From an uncultured Magnetococcales bacterium (GTDB taxonomy: Bacteria > Pseudomonadota > Alphaproteobacteria > UBA2136), in contig CAXBBG010000005.1 of assembly GCA_963974105.1 (NCBI GenBank), forward strand, positions 62,717 through 126,716: DNA of 64,000 bases, given 5' to 3'. Positions 40,403-50,934 of the stretch are shown in pieces (positions within the stretch are counted from its first letter, which is position 1; every line of letters begins with the position of its first letter). Under the pieces are notes generated by a model. That model had not been told where the DNA came from, ran no database searches, and worked only from the letters and a program-made list of their open reading frames with translations. A program made the translations under genes and the position numbers.

Positions 40403-40539
40403 AATTGAGAACCTCTTGGATGAAAGTGTTATAGAAAAAGTAATAATAAAGATTAAATATTTGTACTAGATATTAACACAACCGCACAATAAAGCAATGC
40501 AATTGCATATTTTGCTGATAAAATCTAAAACTCAATGTT

Positions 40540-41727
40540 TTAATTAAGCCTATGTTTCTTTATGTAGTTATGGACACCTTTTGCAATAGAGCTTGCAATA
40601 CGTTGCTGGTGGTCACGCTGTTTTAAGCGCTTTTCTTCTTTGATGTTTGAGATATAGGTTACTTCAACCAAAACAGAAGGAATTTCAGGTGCTTTTAAAA
40701 CTCTAAATCCAGCAAAAGCAACCTTGTCCTTACGTACAGAAACTTTATCACGCATCACATTTAAAATATCCGCAGCTAAAATAGCCGATTTATTCATTGT
40801 TTCGCGCTGGGTTAAATCAATAAGAATATTTGTCACGTCTTTGCTTTCATCACGCATATCTATACCCGCAATCAAATCACCTTTGTTGGCATTGCGTGCA
40901 AGCCTGCTGGCTTCCCTGTCAGACGCGCTATCACTTAAAGCATAAACAGAGCCACCTTTAATATTTCTGTTTGAATGCGCGTCGGCATGAATACTGACAA
41001 AAAGATCTGCATTTTTACGCTGCGCAAAGGCAACACGTTCTTTAAGTGGCACAAAGATATCTTTTGAGCGTGTCAAATAAACTTTCACACCGCCTACTTT
41101 TTCAAGTTCTAGTTTTAATTTTTTAGCAATATCTAAAACCACATGTTTTTCATATGTACGCTTACGTCCCACAGCTCCAGGGTCTACGCCACCGTGACCT
41201 GGATCAAGCACAACAATCACTTCATTCGATTTTTTAACCACCCGTTCAAATATCTCAGCAGCACGAGGGATCCTGCTTTCTCTATCTTCTTTGGCACGCT
41301 GACTCGCAATTTGGCTGGCAATTTGAGCTTGCGTTGCAGGTTTTAGATCCATCACAAGACGATGCCCCTTGCCTTTTGAAGCTGGGATATTAAAAATACT
41401 AGCCGTCACAGCTTTATTCAAGTCAACCACCATACGGGTAACACCAGGCTTAAACAGCCCTTGCCTTACGCCATTAACAATACCATTTTTAGGGAGTTCA
41501 ACATGATGCACGTCCATTTTAAAATGGCTTTTAGGAAAATCGATCACAAATCTTGGCGGATTTTGCAAAAGTAAGTGTTCAGGTTTAATTGCCTTATTCG
41601 ACTCAAGCACCACCCTTGTCATATCACCATGCTGACCAATTCTAATTTTATCAACGGTCACAGAAAATGCGCTCACAGAAAAGCACATGAAGATTAAAAA
41701 TAAAGCTCCGAAGACACGTTGATACAT
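40540..41727 (-). CDS. amiC: N-acetylmuramoyl-L-alanine amidase (AMIN + Amidase_3)
   Basis: AMIN domain TRVVLE...NPPRFVID; VVLDPGHGGVDPGA, FVSIHAD, PSVLVE. Confidence 0.93.
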   Translation of the reverse strand: MYQRVFGALFLIFMCFSVSAFSVTVDKIRIGQHGDMTRVVLESNKAIKPEHLLLQNPPRFVIDFPKSHFKMDVHHVELPKNGIVNGVRQGLFKPGVTRMVVDLNKAVTASIFNIPASKGKGHRLVMDLKPATQAQIASQIASQRAKEDRESRIPRAAEIFERVVKKSNEVIVVLDPGHGGVDPGAVGRKRTYEKHVVLDIAKKLKLELEKVGGVKVYLTRSKDIFVPLKERVAFAQRKNADLFVSIHADAHSNRNIKGGSVYALSDSASDREASRLARNANKGDLIAGIDMRDESKDVTNILIDLTQRETMNKSAILAADILNVMRDKVSVRKDKVAFAGFRVLKAPEIPSVLVEVTYISNIKEEKRLKQRDHQQRIASSIAKGVHNYIKKHRLN

Positions 41728-41768
41728 AAATAATTTTCTATTTGGTTACTAAAAGCTAAAAACTTAAA

Positions 41769-42563
41769 TCAGCACTTAACATCCAGTCTATCGCGTATTT
41801 TGTCACCTGCAAGGTTTAAAGAGAAAACAAGAAGCATGAGTGTGACACCGGGAACAACAACCAAGTGCGGCGCCATCAACATATAACGCGCTCCTTCACG
41901 CAGCATCGCCCCTAAACTGGCATCTGGCGGTTGAATACCTATCCCTAAAAACGAAAGCCCAGCTTCGCTTAACATAGCCCCTGCAATCGTAAAAATAGAT
42001 TCAACAATCAAAGGTGCTGCAATATTTGGCAGTACATAATGTGAAAGCATCCTAACCGTTCCCACACCACCCAAGTGCGCTGCTTGCATATACTCTAAAT
42101 TTTTAATAGAAAGCGTTTGAACGCGCGCCAAACGTGCAAAACTCACCCAACCCATAAGCCCTAGAGCAAATATAACGTTTTTCACATCAGGCTCTGTAAG
42201 TGCCGCAAAGCATATGGCAATTAACACACCTGGAAACGACAAGAAAACATCTGTAATACGCATTAAGACAGTGTCAACAATGCCGCCATACCAGCCACTT
42301 ACAACACCAATAACAACACCAATCGTTCCCGCTAAAAGCAAAACAGAAACCCCTACGGTTAATGACACCTTCACACCGTCAATCAAACGTGGTAAAACGT
42401 CACGCCCCAATTCATCCGTACCCAACCAATAGGCACTAGATGGTGCATTTAAAATACTTTCTAAATGAATTGTAAACGGGTCGGCATTTAAAAATTGAAA
42501 GACCAAAACAAGCCCAAATATAAACACGGCTGGTATTAAAAACTGAGAAAGCTTACTAAGCAT
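41769..42563 (-). CDS. dppC: peptide ABC transporter permease (DppC/OppC)
   Basis: LGTDELGRDV, EYMQAAHLGG EAA loop, LSFLGIG. Confidence 0.88.
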   Translation of the reverse strand: MLSKLSQFLIPAVFIFGLVLVFQFLNADPFTIHLESILNAPSSAYWLGTDELGRDVLPRLIDGVKVSLTVGVSVLLLAGTIGVVIGVVSGWYGGIVDTVLMRITDVFLSFPGVLIAICFAALTEPDVKNVIFALGLMGWVSFARLARVQTLSIKNLEYMQAAHLGGVGTVRMLSHYVLPNIAAPLIVESIFTIAGAMLSEAGLSFLGIGIQPPDASLGAMLREGARYMLMAPHLVVVPGVTLMLLVFSLNLAGDKIRDRLDVKC

Positions 42564-42569
42564 TATCTA

Positions 42570-43511
42570 TTATTTCCCCTTCGAAAATCTAATACGTGGG
42601 TCAATCATGGCGCATACAACATCACTAATCAGTGTCATAAACATATACACAAACGCTATAAATAGTACGCAACCTTGTATGGTTGGGTAGTCCCTTTTTC
42701 CCAAAGCGTCAACAATTAAAGAACCCAGCCCTGGCCAAGAAAAAACAGCTTCAGTCAAAATAGCCCCTGTCAATAAGGCACCTGCTTGTAAAAAAACAAT
42801 TGTCACCACAGGCAACAGCGCATTTTTCAAAGCATGTTTTCTCATAATATTTTTCAGGCTCACACCCTTTGCTTTGGCGGTTTTAATATAATCACTCGCC
42901 AAACTTTCAAGCAAAGAAGCCCTTAAAAGCCTTGCTGTCATGGCCGACATAGCCACACCCAAGGTAATGGCCGGCAAAATAATAGAAGAAGCGCTTTCAT
43001 TACCAGAAACAGGCAAAAGCCCTAAGTGCAAAGAAAAGATAATCATCAACAAAGGTCCAAGCCAAAATGAAGGCATTGAAAAGGCAAGCATTGAAAACGT
43101 CAAAGCAAGTCTGTCTTGCCATTTATCTTTATGCAAAGCTGACCACAAACCAAGGGGTACAGCACAACTCAATGCGAATAAAATAGCAGCTAAAGCTAAC
43201 TGAACCGTTGCCCCTAAACGCTCTGCTATCATTGAGGTTACGTCTTTTCCGCTATAAAATGATGTACCAAGGTCAAATTGAATCACCCCCAACACAAAAA
43301 CTTTAAATTGTTCTAGCAATGGCAAGTGTAAGCCCAAACTTTCTTGCAGCGCTTGCCTGTCCGCTGGCAGGGCATGCTCCCCCAACAGCACTTCAACAGG
43401 GTCGCCAGGCACAAGGTGAATTAAAAAAAACGTCAACGTTACAACCCCAAAAGCGGTTGGAATAATTAAAAAAAGTCTTTTAATGAAGAAGGTTAAAAAT
43501 GCTAGCATCAC
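42570..43511 (-). CDS. dppB: peptide ABC transporter permease (DppB/OppB)
   Basis: PGDPV, DLGTS, YIKTAKAKG, EAVFSWPGLG, DPRIR. Confidence 0.88.
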   Translation of the reverse strand: MMLAFLTFFIKRLFLIIPTAFGVVTLTFFLIHLVPGDPVEVLLGEHALPADRQALQESLGLHLPLLEQFKVFVLGVIQFDLGTSFYSGKDVTSMIAERLGATVQLALAAILFALSCAVPLGLWSALHKDKWQDRLALTFSMLAFSMPSFWLGPLLMIIFSLHLGLLPVSGNESASSIILPAITLGVAMSAMTARLLRASLLESLASDYIKTAKAKGVSLKNIMRKHALKNALLPVVTIVFLQAGALLTGAILTEAVFSWPGLGSLIVDALGKRDYPTIQGCVLFIAFVYMFMTLISDVVCAMIDPRIRFSKGK

Positions 43512-43572
43512 AATTATTCTTTTGTCGTTTGCGGCATCATAGCACGCAATGCATAAATTAGTAAACTTTTGG

Positions 43573-43980
43573 TTGCAACTTTCAAATACAAGAGTTATTA
43601 TAAGGGTTGTATAGTTTTTTACAAATTTTACGTCACGTTGTCATAAAACTGACAACAACGCTTTGAGAGGCGAAAAAGTGAAGTTTTAACTTAGTCGATA
43701 AAGCTCTAAGACTAAGTACATAAAAAAGAGCATTGAAAATATTAACAAACCAAGCAAATATGCAAGGTTAGGGTTATAAAAAGTTTTTCGCACAGCTGAA
43801 ATAGCATAAAAATATGCAAACCTGTGCTTGATTAAAAGGACCATATAGCATCATAGTGCCCATTGAACGGGCTTTATGCGTGGAACCAGAAATACGGGTT
43901 TGGTCTAATTACTTTGTGGTGAACAGGTTAAATTCACTATATCCCCTAGCTTTCCTTTGCTGTAAAAGGATTTATAAAAC
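43573..43980 (+). promoter_or_regulatory. putative rne promoter and long (about 370 nt) 5' leader
   Basis: TTGCAA-17 nt-TATTAT at 43573-43601; non-coding leader with short hairpins. Confidence 0.5.
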
Positions 43981-46851
43981 ATGACTAAACGCATGCTCAT
44001 CGATGCCGCACATTCAGAAGAAGTGCGCGTCGTTGTTATTAACGATGATCGTATCGAAGATTTTGAAGTTGAAACTTCAGATAAAGAACAAATCAAAGGC
44101 AACATCTACGTTGCAGAAGTTACAAGGGTTGAACCCTCACTCCAAGCAGCATTTGTAAACTATGGTGGTAACCGTAATGGTTTCCTTGCGTTTAGCGAAA
44201 TTCACCCACAATATTTCGACCTTCCAGCCGAAGAAAAGGAAGCTCTACTGCAAGAACTTACCGACATTGCTGCCAAGCGCAAAGGCCGTGACACAGAAGC
44301 AGAAGAACGCCTTGAAGCTGAAGTTGCTGCCAAAGAAGAAGCGCGTGCAGCCAAAGCAGATGCCAAAGAAGCCGCTAACCAAGACAATGCAGACGCCGTA
44401 AACGCCGAAGATTCAACAACCAATTTAGAGAGCGCTTCTGACACAACAGAAGAAGCACCTAAAGAAGTTAAAAAAACACGTGGACGCAAGTCAAAAGCCG
44501 CAAAAGAAGCGGAAGCCAAAGCTGAAGCCGAAGCAAAAGAATTAGCAAAAGCAGAAGAGGCTAAAAAAGCCATTGCTGAAGAAACACCTGAAAGCCTTGA
44601 TGGTTTAACACCAGAAGAGATGGAAGAAGATGCACGTGCCCTTGCCCTTGCCTCTAGCATTATTATTGACGATCAACTCGCACCAGTAGAAGACGAGCCA
44701 CGCAAACGCCGTGGACGCCCAACGCGTAAGCCAAAACGTCACAGCAAATACAACGCTTCAGATGACGTGGATGCAACGTCACCAGCCATGGCTGAAAAAG
44801 TAACATCTCAGCCATCTAAAGCAAACGACGATGCTGACGATACAGTAGACGATATTATTGAAAATGAAGTAAACGAACGTCGCCAACCTATCCACCGCCG
44901 TTACAACATTAAAGATGTCCTTAAAGAAGGCTCTAAAATTCTTATTCAAATCAACAAAGAAGAACGTGGTAACAAGGGTGCTGCTGTAAGTACTTACATT
45001 TCTCTACCAGGTCGTTACTCTGTGCTGATGCCAAACACACCTTACGCTGGCGGTATTTCACGTAAAATCACAGACTTTTCTGTACGTCGTAAAATTAAAT
45101 CTATCGTGAACGGCCTTAACATTCCTGACAGCATGGGCGTTATCATTCGCACAGCAGGTGTTGGACAAGAGCCTGAAAATATCGAAAAAGACGTAACAAA
45201 CATGCTGACACTTTGGACAAAAATTGAAGAGCAGTTCAAAAGTAACGTCAAAGCGCCACAAGTTGTGCACGAGGACGGCAACCTTTCTATTCGTGCTATC
45301 CGTGACATGTTTAAAGCCGATGTCGACGAAGTGAACATCGCAGGTTACAAAACATACCGCACAACAAAAGAATATATCAAAAACCTAATGCCTGAATTTG
45401 CATCTAAAGTTAAAGAACATAAGCTACAAACGCCTTTGTTCTCTCACTACGGTGTCGAAGAAAAGCTAAACCGCTTACACACAACACGTGTGAACCTTCC
45501 TTCTGGTGGTTACCTTATTATCAACCCAACAGAGGCTTTGGTTTCTGTGGATGTAAACTCTGGTAAAGCCACACAAGAAAAAAACATTGAAGAAACAGCT
45601 CTAAAAACAAACCTTGAAGCCGCAGAAGAAATGGCACGCCAATTACGCCTGCGTGATTTAGCTGGTTTAATCGTTATTGACTTCATTGACATGGAAGATA
45701 ACAAAAACGAAAAAGCTGTTGAACGTATGATGCGCAAGTGTATCCGCAAGGACCGCGCCCGCATTCAAATTGCACCAATTTCAACCTTTGGCCTTTTAGA
45801 AATGTCACGCCAACGCTTACGCCCTTCTTTAGGTGAGTCAACGACCCATGCTTGCAAACACTGTAATGGTACAGGTGTTGTCGCTTCACTTGCTTCGGCT
45901 GCTTTAACGCTGTTGCGCTCTTTAGAAGACGAGAATGTTCGCACGAAGGCTGACAAGGTTATCATCACAACATCCGACGACCTTGCGCTTTACATTTTAA
46001 ACGAAAAGCGTGAACTCGTTAAAGACATTGAAAATCGTTACAAATTTACAGTTTACATACGTGGGGACGCTAAATATGATGCGCCAGACCACAGCATAGA
46101 AGTAACAAGTAAAGACGCACGCGGTATTGAAAAACACCATATTACAGAGGTTATCCTACGTGAACCACTTGACGATGGTGAATATGTTAAACCAACACGC
46201 AGACGCGGACGTAAAAACAAAAACGAAGCGCAAAAAGGCAATGAAAAGCACGCTGATAAACATGCTAAAAATGCCAAGCACAGCAATACAGAAGAGAAAG
46301 GCAAGGATAAATCTGCGTCTGAAAAATCTGAAACACCGAATACTCAAAACGAAAATGGTGATAAAGCTGAAAAAGGCGATAAAAAACAGCGTCGCAGCGG
46401 CGGTCGCGTTAGACACTTACGCCGTGGCACACGCCGTGATGAAAATCGCAGCGAAGAAGCTGATGACAAGTCTAAAGCTGATAACAACGCACCTGAAAAA
46501 GCAGCTGAACAACAAAAAAATGACAACAAGTCACCTGAAAATAAGGCTGAAGAAAAGAAACCTACGCGTCGCGGCAGAACACGTAAGCCAAGAAACGATT
46601 CAAATAAAGATGAACGTCAAGCTGCAGCACCTACACCTCAAAAGGAAAGCAACGACACGCCTAAAGAACCTTCAAAGATCAAGGAAAAGCAGCCACCGCG
46701 CAACAAACCCAAAGCAGATGCAAAACCAACACCTTCTAAGGGTATTATAGTTGAACACATTAACGATAACGGCAAAAGCTCTGTAAGCAACACGCAAGAT
46801 GCTTCTGTCGGTGGTAAATTCCAACGTTGGTGGAATAAAACAACAAGCTAA
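43981..46851 (+). CDS. rne: ribonuclease E (alphaproteobacterial type with S1 insertion)
   Basis: KRMLIDA, KGNIY...VEPSLQAAFV, KEERGNKGA, DVNSG, IDFIDM, CxxCxG, disordered C-terminus ending RWW. Confidence 0.96.
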   Translation: MTKRMLIDAAHSEEVRVVVINDDRIEDFEVETSDKEQIKGNIYVAEVTRVEPSLQAAFVNYGGNRNGFLAFSEIHPQYFDLPAEEKEALLQELTDIAAKRKGRDTEAEERLEAEVAAKEEARAAKADAKEAANQDNADAVNAEDSTTNLESASDTTEEAPKEVKKTRGRKSKAAKEAEAKAEAEAKELAKAEEAKKAIAEETPESLDGLTPEEMEEDARALALASSIIIDDQLAPVEDEPRKRRGRPTRKPKRHSKYNASDDVDATSPAMAEKVTSQPSKANDDADDTVDDIIENEVNERRQPIHRRYNIKDVLKEGSKILIQINKEERGNKGAAVSTYISLPGRYSVLMPNTPYAGGISRKITDFSVRRKIKSIVNGLNIPDSMGVIIRTAGVGQEPENIEKDVTNMLTLWTKIEEQFKSNVKAPQVVHEDGNLSIRAIRDMFKADVDEVNIAGYKTYRTTKEYIKNLMPEFASKVKEHKLQTPLFSHYGVEEKLNRLHTTRVNLPSGGYLIINPTEALVSVDVNSGKATQEKNIEETALKTNLEAAEEMARQLRLRDLAGLIVIDFIDMEDNKNEKAVERMMRKCIRKDRARIQIAPISTFGLLEMSRQRLRPSLGESTTHACKHCNGTGVVASLASAALTLLRSLEDENVRTKADKVIITTSDDLALYILNEKRELVKDIENRYKFTVYIRGDAKYDAPDHSIEVTSKDARGIEKHHITEVILREPLDDGEYVKPTRRRGRKNKNEAQKGNEKHADKHAKNAKHSNTEEKGKDKSASEKSETPNTQNENGDKAEKGDKKQRRSGGRVRHLRRGTRRDENRSEEADDKSKADNNAPEKAAEQQKNDNKSPENKAEEKKPTRRGRTRKPRNDSNKDERQAAAPTPQKESNDTPKEPSKIKEKQPPRNKPKADAKPTPSKGIIVEHINDNGKSSVSNTQDASVGGKFQRWWNKTTS

Positions 46852-46874
46852 TTTTAAAACTTTAACCACTATCT

Positions 46875-46904
46875 AAAAGGGCTTTCACATAGAAAGCCCT
46901 TTTT
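46875..46904 (+). terminator. intrinsic terminator of rne
   Basis: AAAAGGGCTTTC-ACATA-GAAAGCCCTTTT. Confidence 0.85.
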
Positions 46905-46936
46905 ATTTTTGTCATTAAACAGTACAATATAGGCAC

Positions 46937-48259
46937 ATGAAAAAAATAATCTTAGCCCTTGTTCTTTTGTGCGCCCTTAACCCTCTTTCAAGCTTTGCAA
47001 AACAAAGTGAGACAGTACTTATCGACGCAGAAACCATAGCATGGCTACGGGAAATGGCAGATCCTCTGCTTAAAACTGCCGATATTGACCCTAAAACTGT
47101 TAATATTTATGTGGTTAAGTCTAATGAAATCAATGCCTTTGTCACCCCAGATCGTGACATCTTTTTCTACTCAGGCCTTATCCTTAAAGCCACGAGCGCT
47201 GAAGAAATTCAAGGTGTGCTTGCCCATGAAATCGGTCACATTAAAGGGCAACACTATATCAAAACGCTCGCCAACAGCGATAAAGGTAAAATACCTGTTG
47301 TTCTTGGCACCATACTTGGGGCTGGCGTAGCCATTTTAGGTGGTGGTGGCGAAGCAGCGACAGCGCTTATTTCAGGTGGTATTGCCGTCTCGCAAGACCA
47401 ATATTTACGTAACAGCCGCAGCCATGAACGTCAAGCCGACACCATCGCCGCCGAATTATTAAATAAAAATAACCGTAGCACGCAAGGGCTCATTTCATTT
47501 TTTGACAAATTACGGACATCAAACCTTCTCTATTCAAAGACACCTCCAGCATGGCTTGTTACCCACCCTCTCCCACGGGAACGTATTTCATCCATGCAAG
47601 GCTTACTAAAAAATGAAAAAATAGCCCCTCTTCCACCATTAAGCAACATGCGCTTCAAACGCGTTCAAGCCAAACTGAATGCCTTTACCATGCCAGGCGG
47701 TTATAACCTTAGAAAATACGCTTACCAAAAAACAGAAGATGCACTTTATGCACAAGCCTTATCTCTGGCTTTAAAAGGGCGTATAGATACTGCAATGGCT
47801 CTTGTTCAAACCATGAACCCCGAGCGTTCATCTATGCCATTTCACCACGAATTACTGGGCCAGCTTTACCAAGACAAATCAGAATATTTAAAAGCCGAAC
47901 AAGAATTTAAAAGCGCCTTAGAAATAAATCCGGACTTAGAGTTCATTCGCCTGCAACTTGCCCAAAATTGTATTATCCGCGAAGAGTATGATGAAGCTAT
48001 CAAGCATTTACACATTGTATCAAGCATTCACCCAACTTGGAGCGCGATTGTGCGAAGCCTAGGCATTGCTTATGGCAAAAAAGGCAACCTTTTTGAAAGC
48101 CATATATATTTAGCAAAAGCCGCAGTACTTGCCGAAAAAACGCAAGACATTGAAATACACTTACAACTTGCCGAAAAAAATATGGATAAAACCAATAAAA
48201 AACAGCAGGAACGCTTAGATAATATCAAAGAAATTTTAAGCCATGTAAAAAAGAGTTAA
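46937..48259 (+). CDS. M48 family metalloprotease with TPR repeats (BepA-like)
   Basis: Signal peptide, INAF, AHEIGH, ERQAD, THP, TPR C-terminus. Confidence 0.9.
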   Translation: MKKIILALVLLCALNPLSSFAKQSETVLIDAETIAWLREMADPLLKTADIDPKTVNIYVVKSNEINAFVTPDRDIFFYSGLILKATSAEEIQGVLAHEIGHIKGQHYIKTLANSDKGKIPVVLGTILGAGVAILGGGGEAATALISGGIAVSQDQYLRNSRSHERQADTIAAELLNKNNRSTQGLISFFDKLRTSNLLYSKTPPAWLVTHPLPRERISSMQGLLKNEKIAPLPPLSNMRFKRVQAKLNAFTMPGGYNLRKYAYQKTEDALYAQALSLALKGRIDTAMALVQTMNPERSSMPFHHELLGQLYQDKSEYLKAEQEFKSALEINPDLEFIRLQLAQNCIIREEYDEAIKHLHIVSSIHPTWSAIVRSLGIAYGKKGNLFESHIYLAKAAVLAEKTQDIEIHLQLAEKNMDKTNKKQQERLDNIKEILSHVKKS

Positions 48260-48324
48260 AAAACGCATAAAAATATGGTAAAACCTGTAAGTTATATAAA
48301 CAAATTATAAAAATTGATTTTAAA

Positions 48325-48531
48325 ATGAAGATAGATGCACGATACCCAAATTTAAGTGAAGCCATTGAGCTTTTAAAACACAGGCTTGAAAGTGTGAGCG
48401 AAGAACACGAACCTTTGCTTACAAAGTGGTTGGCTGATCTTGAAAAAATCAATAAACAAATGCGCCACCTTGAGCGTATTGAAAGCTTTTCTAGCGCCCT
48501 AACTGAGAAGGAAAATAGCCATGACAGCTAA
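48325..48531 (+). CDS. small hypothetical coiled-coil protein
   Basis: 68-aa ORF overlapping the accB start; helical composition. Confidence 0.55.
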   Translation: MKIDARYPNLSEAIELLKHRLESVSEEHEPLLTKWLADLEKINKQMRHLERIESFSSALTEKENSHDS

Positions 48532-48967
48532 ATCACCAAAATTTGACCTAGACTACCTACGCACTTTGGTAGACTTTATGAAAGAAACAGACCTTGATGA
48601 GGTTGAAGTTTCAGAAACAGACAGCACAATCCGCTTGCGCCGTAACATGGCTCCAGTAGCCGCAGCACCAATCGCTGTGCAAACTGTCGCAGAAGTACAA
48701 GCACCTGCGGCACCTGCAGAACCTGTTTTTAATGGTCACGTTCTAAAATCACCAATGGTTGGTACATTTTACCGTGCAACTTCTCCAGAAGCTGACCCAT
48801 TTGTAAGCGTTGGCGACAAAGTTAAAAAAGGTCAGACGATTTGCATTATTGAAGCAATGAAAACAATGAACCAGGTAGAAGCGGATAAAGATGGCGTTAT
48901 TGGCGACATTTTAATTGAAAATGCTCAACCTGTTGAGTTTGGTCACCCACTATTTGTTATTAACTAG
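48521..48967 (+). CDS. accB: acetyl-CoA carboxylase biotin carboxyl carrier protein
   Basis: [15 protein letters not shown] biotinylation motif. Confidence 0.96.
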   Translation: MTAKSPKFDLDYLRTLVDFMKETDLDEVEVSETDSTIRLRRNMAPVAAAPIAVQTVAEVQAPAAPAEPVFNGHVLKSPMVGTFYRATSPEADPFVSVGDKVKKGQTICIIEAMKTMNQVEADKDGVIGDILIENAQPVEFGHPLFVIN

Positions 48968-48981
48968 GAAGATAATCTCCC

Positions 48982-50328
48982 GTGTTTAAAAAAATTCTTA
49001 TTGCTAACCGTGGTGAAATTGCGATACGCATTCACCGTGCCTGCCGTGAAATGGGCATTCAAACAGTTGCTGTGCATTCAGAAGCTGATGAAAACTCCTT
49101 GCATGTCAAAATGGCAAATGAGTCTGTTTGCATTGGCCCAGCCGCTGCAGACAAATCATACCTTAACATTCCAAGTATTCTAGCAGCAGCTGAACTAACC
49201 GACGCTGAAGCTATTCACCCTGGCTACGGCTTTTTAAGCGAGAACGCTAAATTTGCTGATATTGTACAAGAACTTGGATTCACCTTTATTGGCCCATCTG
49301 CTGAACATATCAGCATTATGGGGGACAAAGTCAAAGCGCTTGATTACGTGCGTAAACTTGGCATCCCTACAATCCCAGGCTCAGATGGCGTTGTGGAAAA
49401 TGAAGAGCAAGGCCTAAAAATTGGCGCAAAAATTGGCTACCCAGTTATTGTTAAAGCTGCATCAGGCGGCGGTGGCCGCGGTATGAAAGTGGCGCACAGC
49501 GAAAGCGCTTTACGAACAGCCATTTCTGTTGCACAAAGTGAAGCACACGCCGCTTTTGGCGATGGGCGTGTCTTTATTGAAAAATTCCTACAACAACCAC
49601 GCCACATTGAAATACAAGTTCTATGTGACAGCCATGGTAACGTTGTAACCCTTGGTGAACGTGACTGTTCAATGCAGCGTCGTCACCAAAAGCTGGTTGA
49701 AGAAACACCTTCCCCTGCCATTTCAGAAGAACAGCGTACAAAACTTTCTAAGATCGTGCACGATGCTTGTAAAAACATGGGCTACCTCGGTGCTGGTACA
49801 TTTGAATTTCTTTACGAAAACGGTGAATTCTACTTCATTGAAATGAACACGCGCTTGCAAGTTGAGCACCCAGTAACTGAAATGGTTACTGGTGTAGACA
49901 TTGTACGTGAACAAATTCGTATTGCGGCAGGTGAAAAACTTTCTTGCACTAAAAACGACATGAAACTACGTGGCCATTCTATCGAATGTCGCATCACCGC
50001 AGAAGATAGTGAGACATTCTTGCCATCACCTGGACGTGTAACTGACTACCATATACCAAGTGGACCAGGAGTACGTGTTGATTCATGCCTTTATACAGAC
50101 TATGATGTAAGTCCGTACTACGATCCAATGATTGCAAAATTAATCGTACATGGCGCCACAAGGGAAGAAGCAATTGCACGTATGCAACGCTCACTAGAAG
50201 AACTTGTTATTGGCGGTATTAAAACGACAACGCCTTTACAGCGTCGTCTTATTGCTACCAATGCTTTTAAATCTGGCGAATACAACATACACACACTAGA
50301 GAAATTTTTAGAAGAAGGACGTCTATAA
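48982..50328 (+). CDS. accC: acetyl-CoA carboxylase biotin carboxylase
   Basis: KILIANRGEIA, HPGYGFLSEN, GGGGRGM, EMNTRLQVEHPVTE; GTG start. Confidence 0.96.
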   Translation: MFKKILIANRGEIAIRIHRACREMGIQTVAVHSEADENSLHVKMANESVCIGPAAADKSYLNIPSILAAAELTDAEAIHPGYGFLSENAKFADIVQELGFTFIGPSAEHISIMGDKVKALDYVRKLGIPTIPGSDGVVENEEQGLKIGAKIGYPVIVKAASGGGGRGMKVAHSESALRTAISVAQSEAHAAFGDGRVFIEKFLQQPRHIEIQVLCDSHGNVVTLGERDCSMQRRHQKLVEETPSPAISEEQRTKLSKIVHDACKNMGYLGAGTFEFLYENGEFYFIEMNTRLQVEHPVTEMVTGVDIVREQIRIAAGEKLSCTKNDMKLRGHSIECRITAEDSETFLPSPGRVTDYHIPSGPGVRVDSCLYTDYDVSPYYDPMIAKLIVHGATREEAIARMQRSLEELVIGGIKTTTPLQRRLIATNAFKSGEYNIHTLEKFLEEGRL

Positions 50329-50329
50329 C

Positions 50330-50857
50330 ATGTTATCACCAGTGTACAGTGCCGGCGCTATTAAAGAACGCGTAGAAGAAATTGCCCTTGCGATTAACAA
50401 ATCGTATAGTGGCGAAAACCTTATCCATGTTATCATAACATTAAACGGTTCGTTTATGTTTGCAGCCGACCTGATACGCTTAATTAAGATTCCAATGGAA
50501 GTTCATTTTGCAGGTACAGCGTCTTATTCAGGTGCAGAAACACAAGACTTGCGTATTAACCCTGAAGCTTTCCCTAAAACATTTGGTAACAATGCTGTTC
50601 TTATTATTGAAGACATCGTTGATTCAGGTGTGACCATCGCAGCCCTGCGTGAACTTATTGCAGCACGCTTTGCCAGTAATATCCAAGTTGCCACGCTTCT
50701 ACGCCGCCAAGAAGGTGCCGCAAAAGCGGAATATTTTGGATTTACCATTCCAAAAGGCCTATTTGTTGTTGGTTATGGTATGGACATGAACGGTCAATAC
50801 CGTGAATTACCAGAACTTAAAGCCATAAACGTTGGTGTTTCTAAAGGCGTTTGCTAA
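50330..50857 (+). CDS. hpt: hypoxanthine phosphoribosyltransferase-like protein
   Basis: LNGSFMFAADL, VLIIEDIVDSGVT PRPP loop, FVVGYGMD...YRELP. Confidence 0.85.
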   Translation: MLSPVYSAGAIKERVEEIALAINKSYSGENLIHVIITLNGSFMFAADLIRLIKIPMEVHFAGTASYSGAETQDLRINPEAFPKTFGNNAVLIIEDIVDSGVTIAALRELIAARFASNIQVATLLRRQEGAAKAEYFGFTIPKGLFVVGYGMDMNGQYRELPELKAINVGVSKGVC

Positions 50858-50934
50858 CACAATATCTTACATAGATACATAAAAAAACCCATCACTTGAT
50901 GGGCTTTTTTATGACGTATAAACAATGACACGCC

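Noticed and set aside
44230-44880. Low-complexity Glu/Ala/Lys-rich insertion in rne and overlapping alternative ORFs
   Set aside because: An S1-domain insertion is normal for alphaproteobacterial RNase E; the overlapping ORFs are by-products of biased composition.
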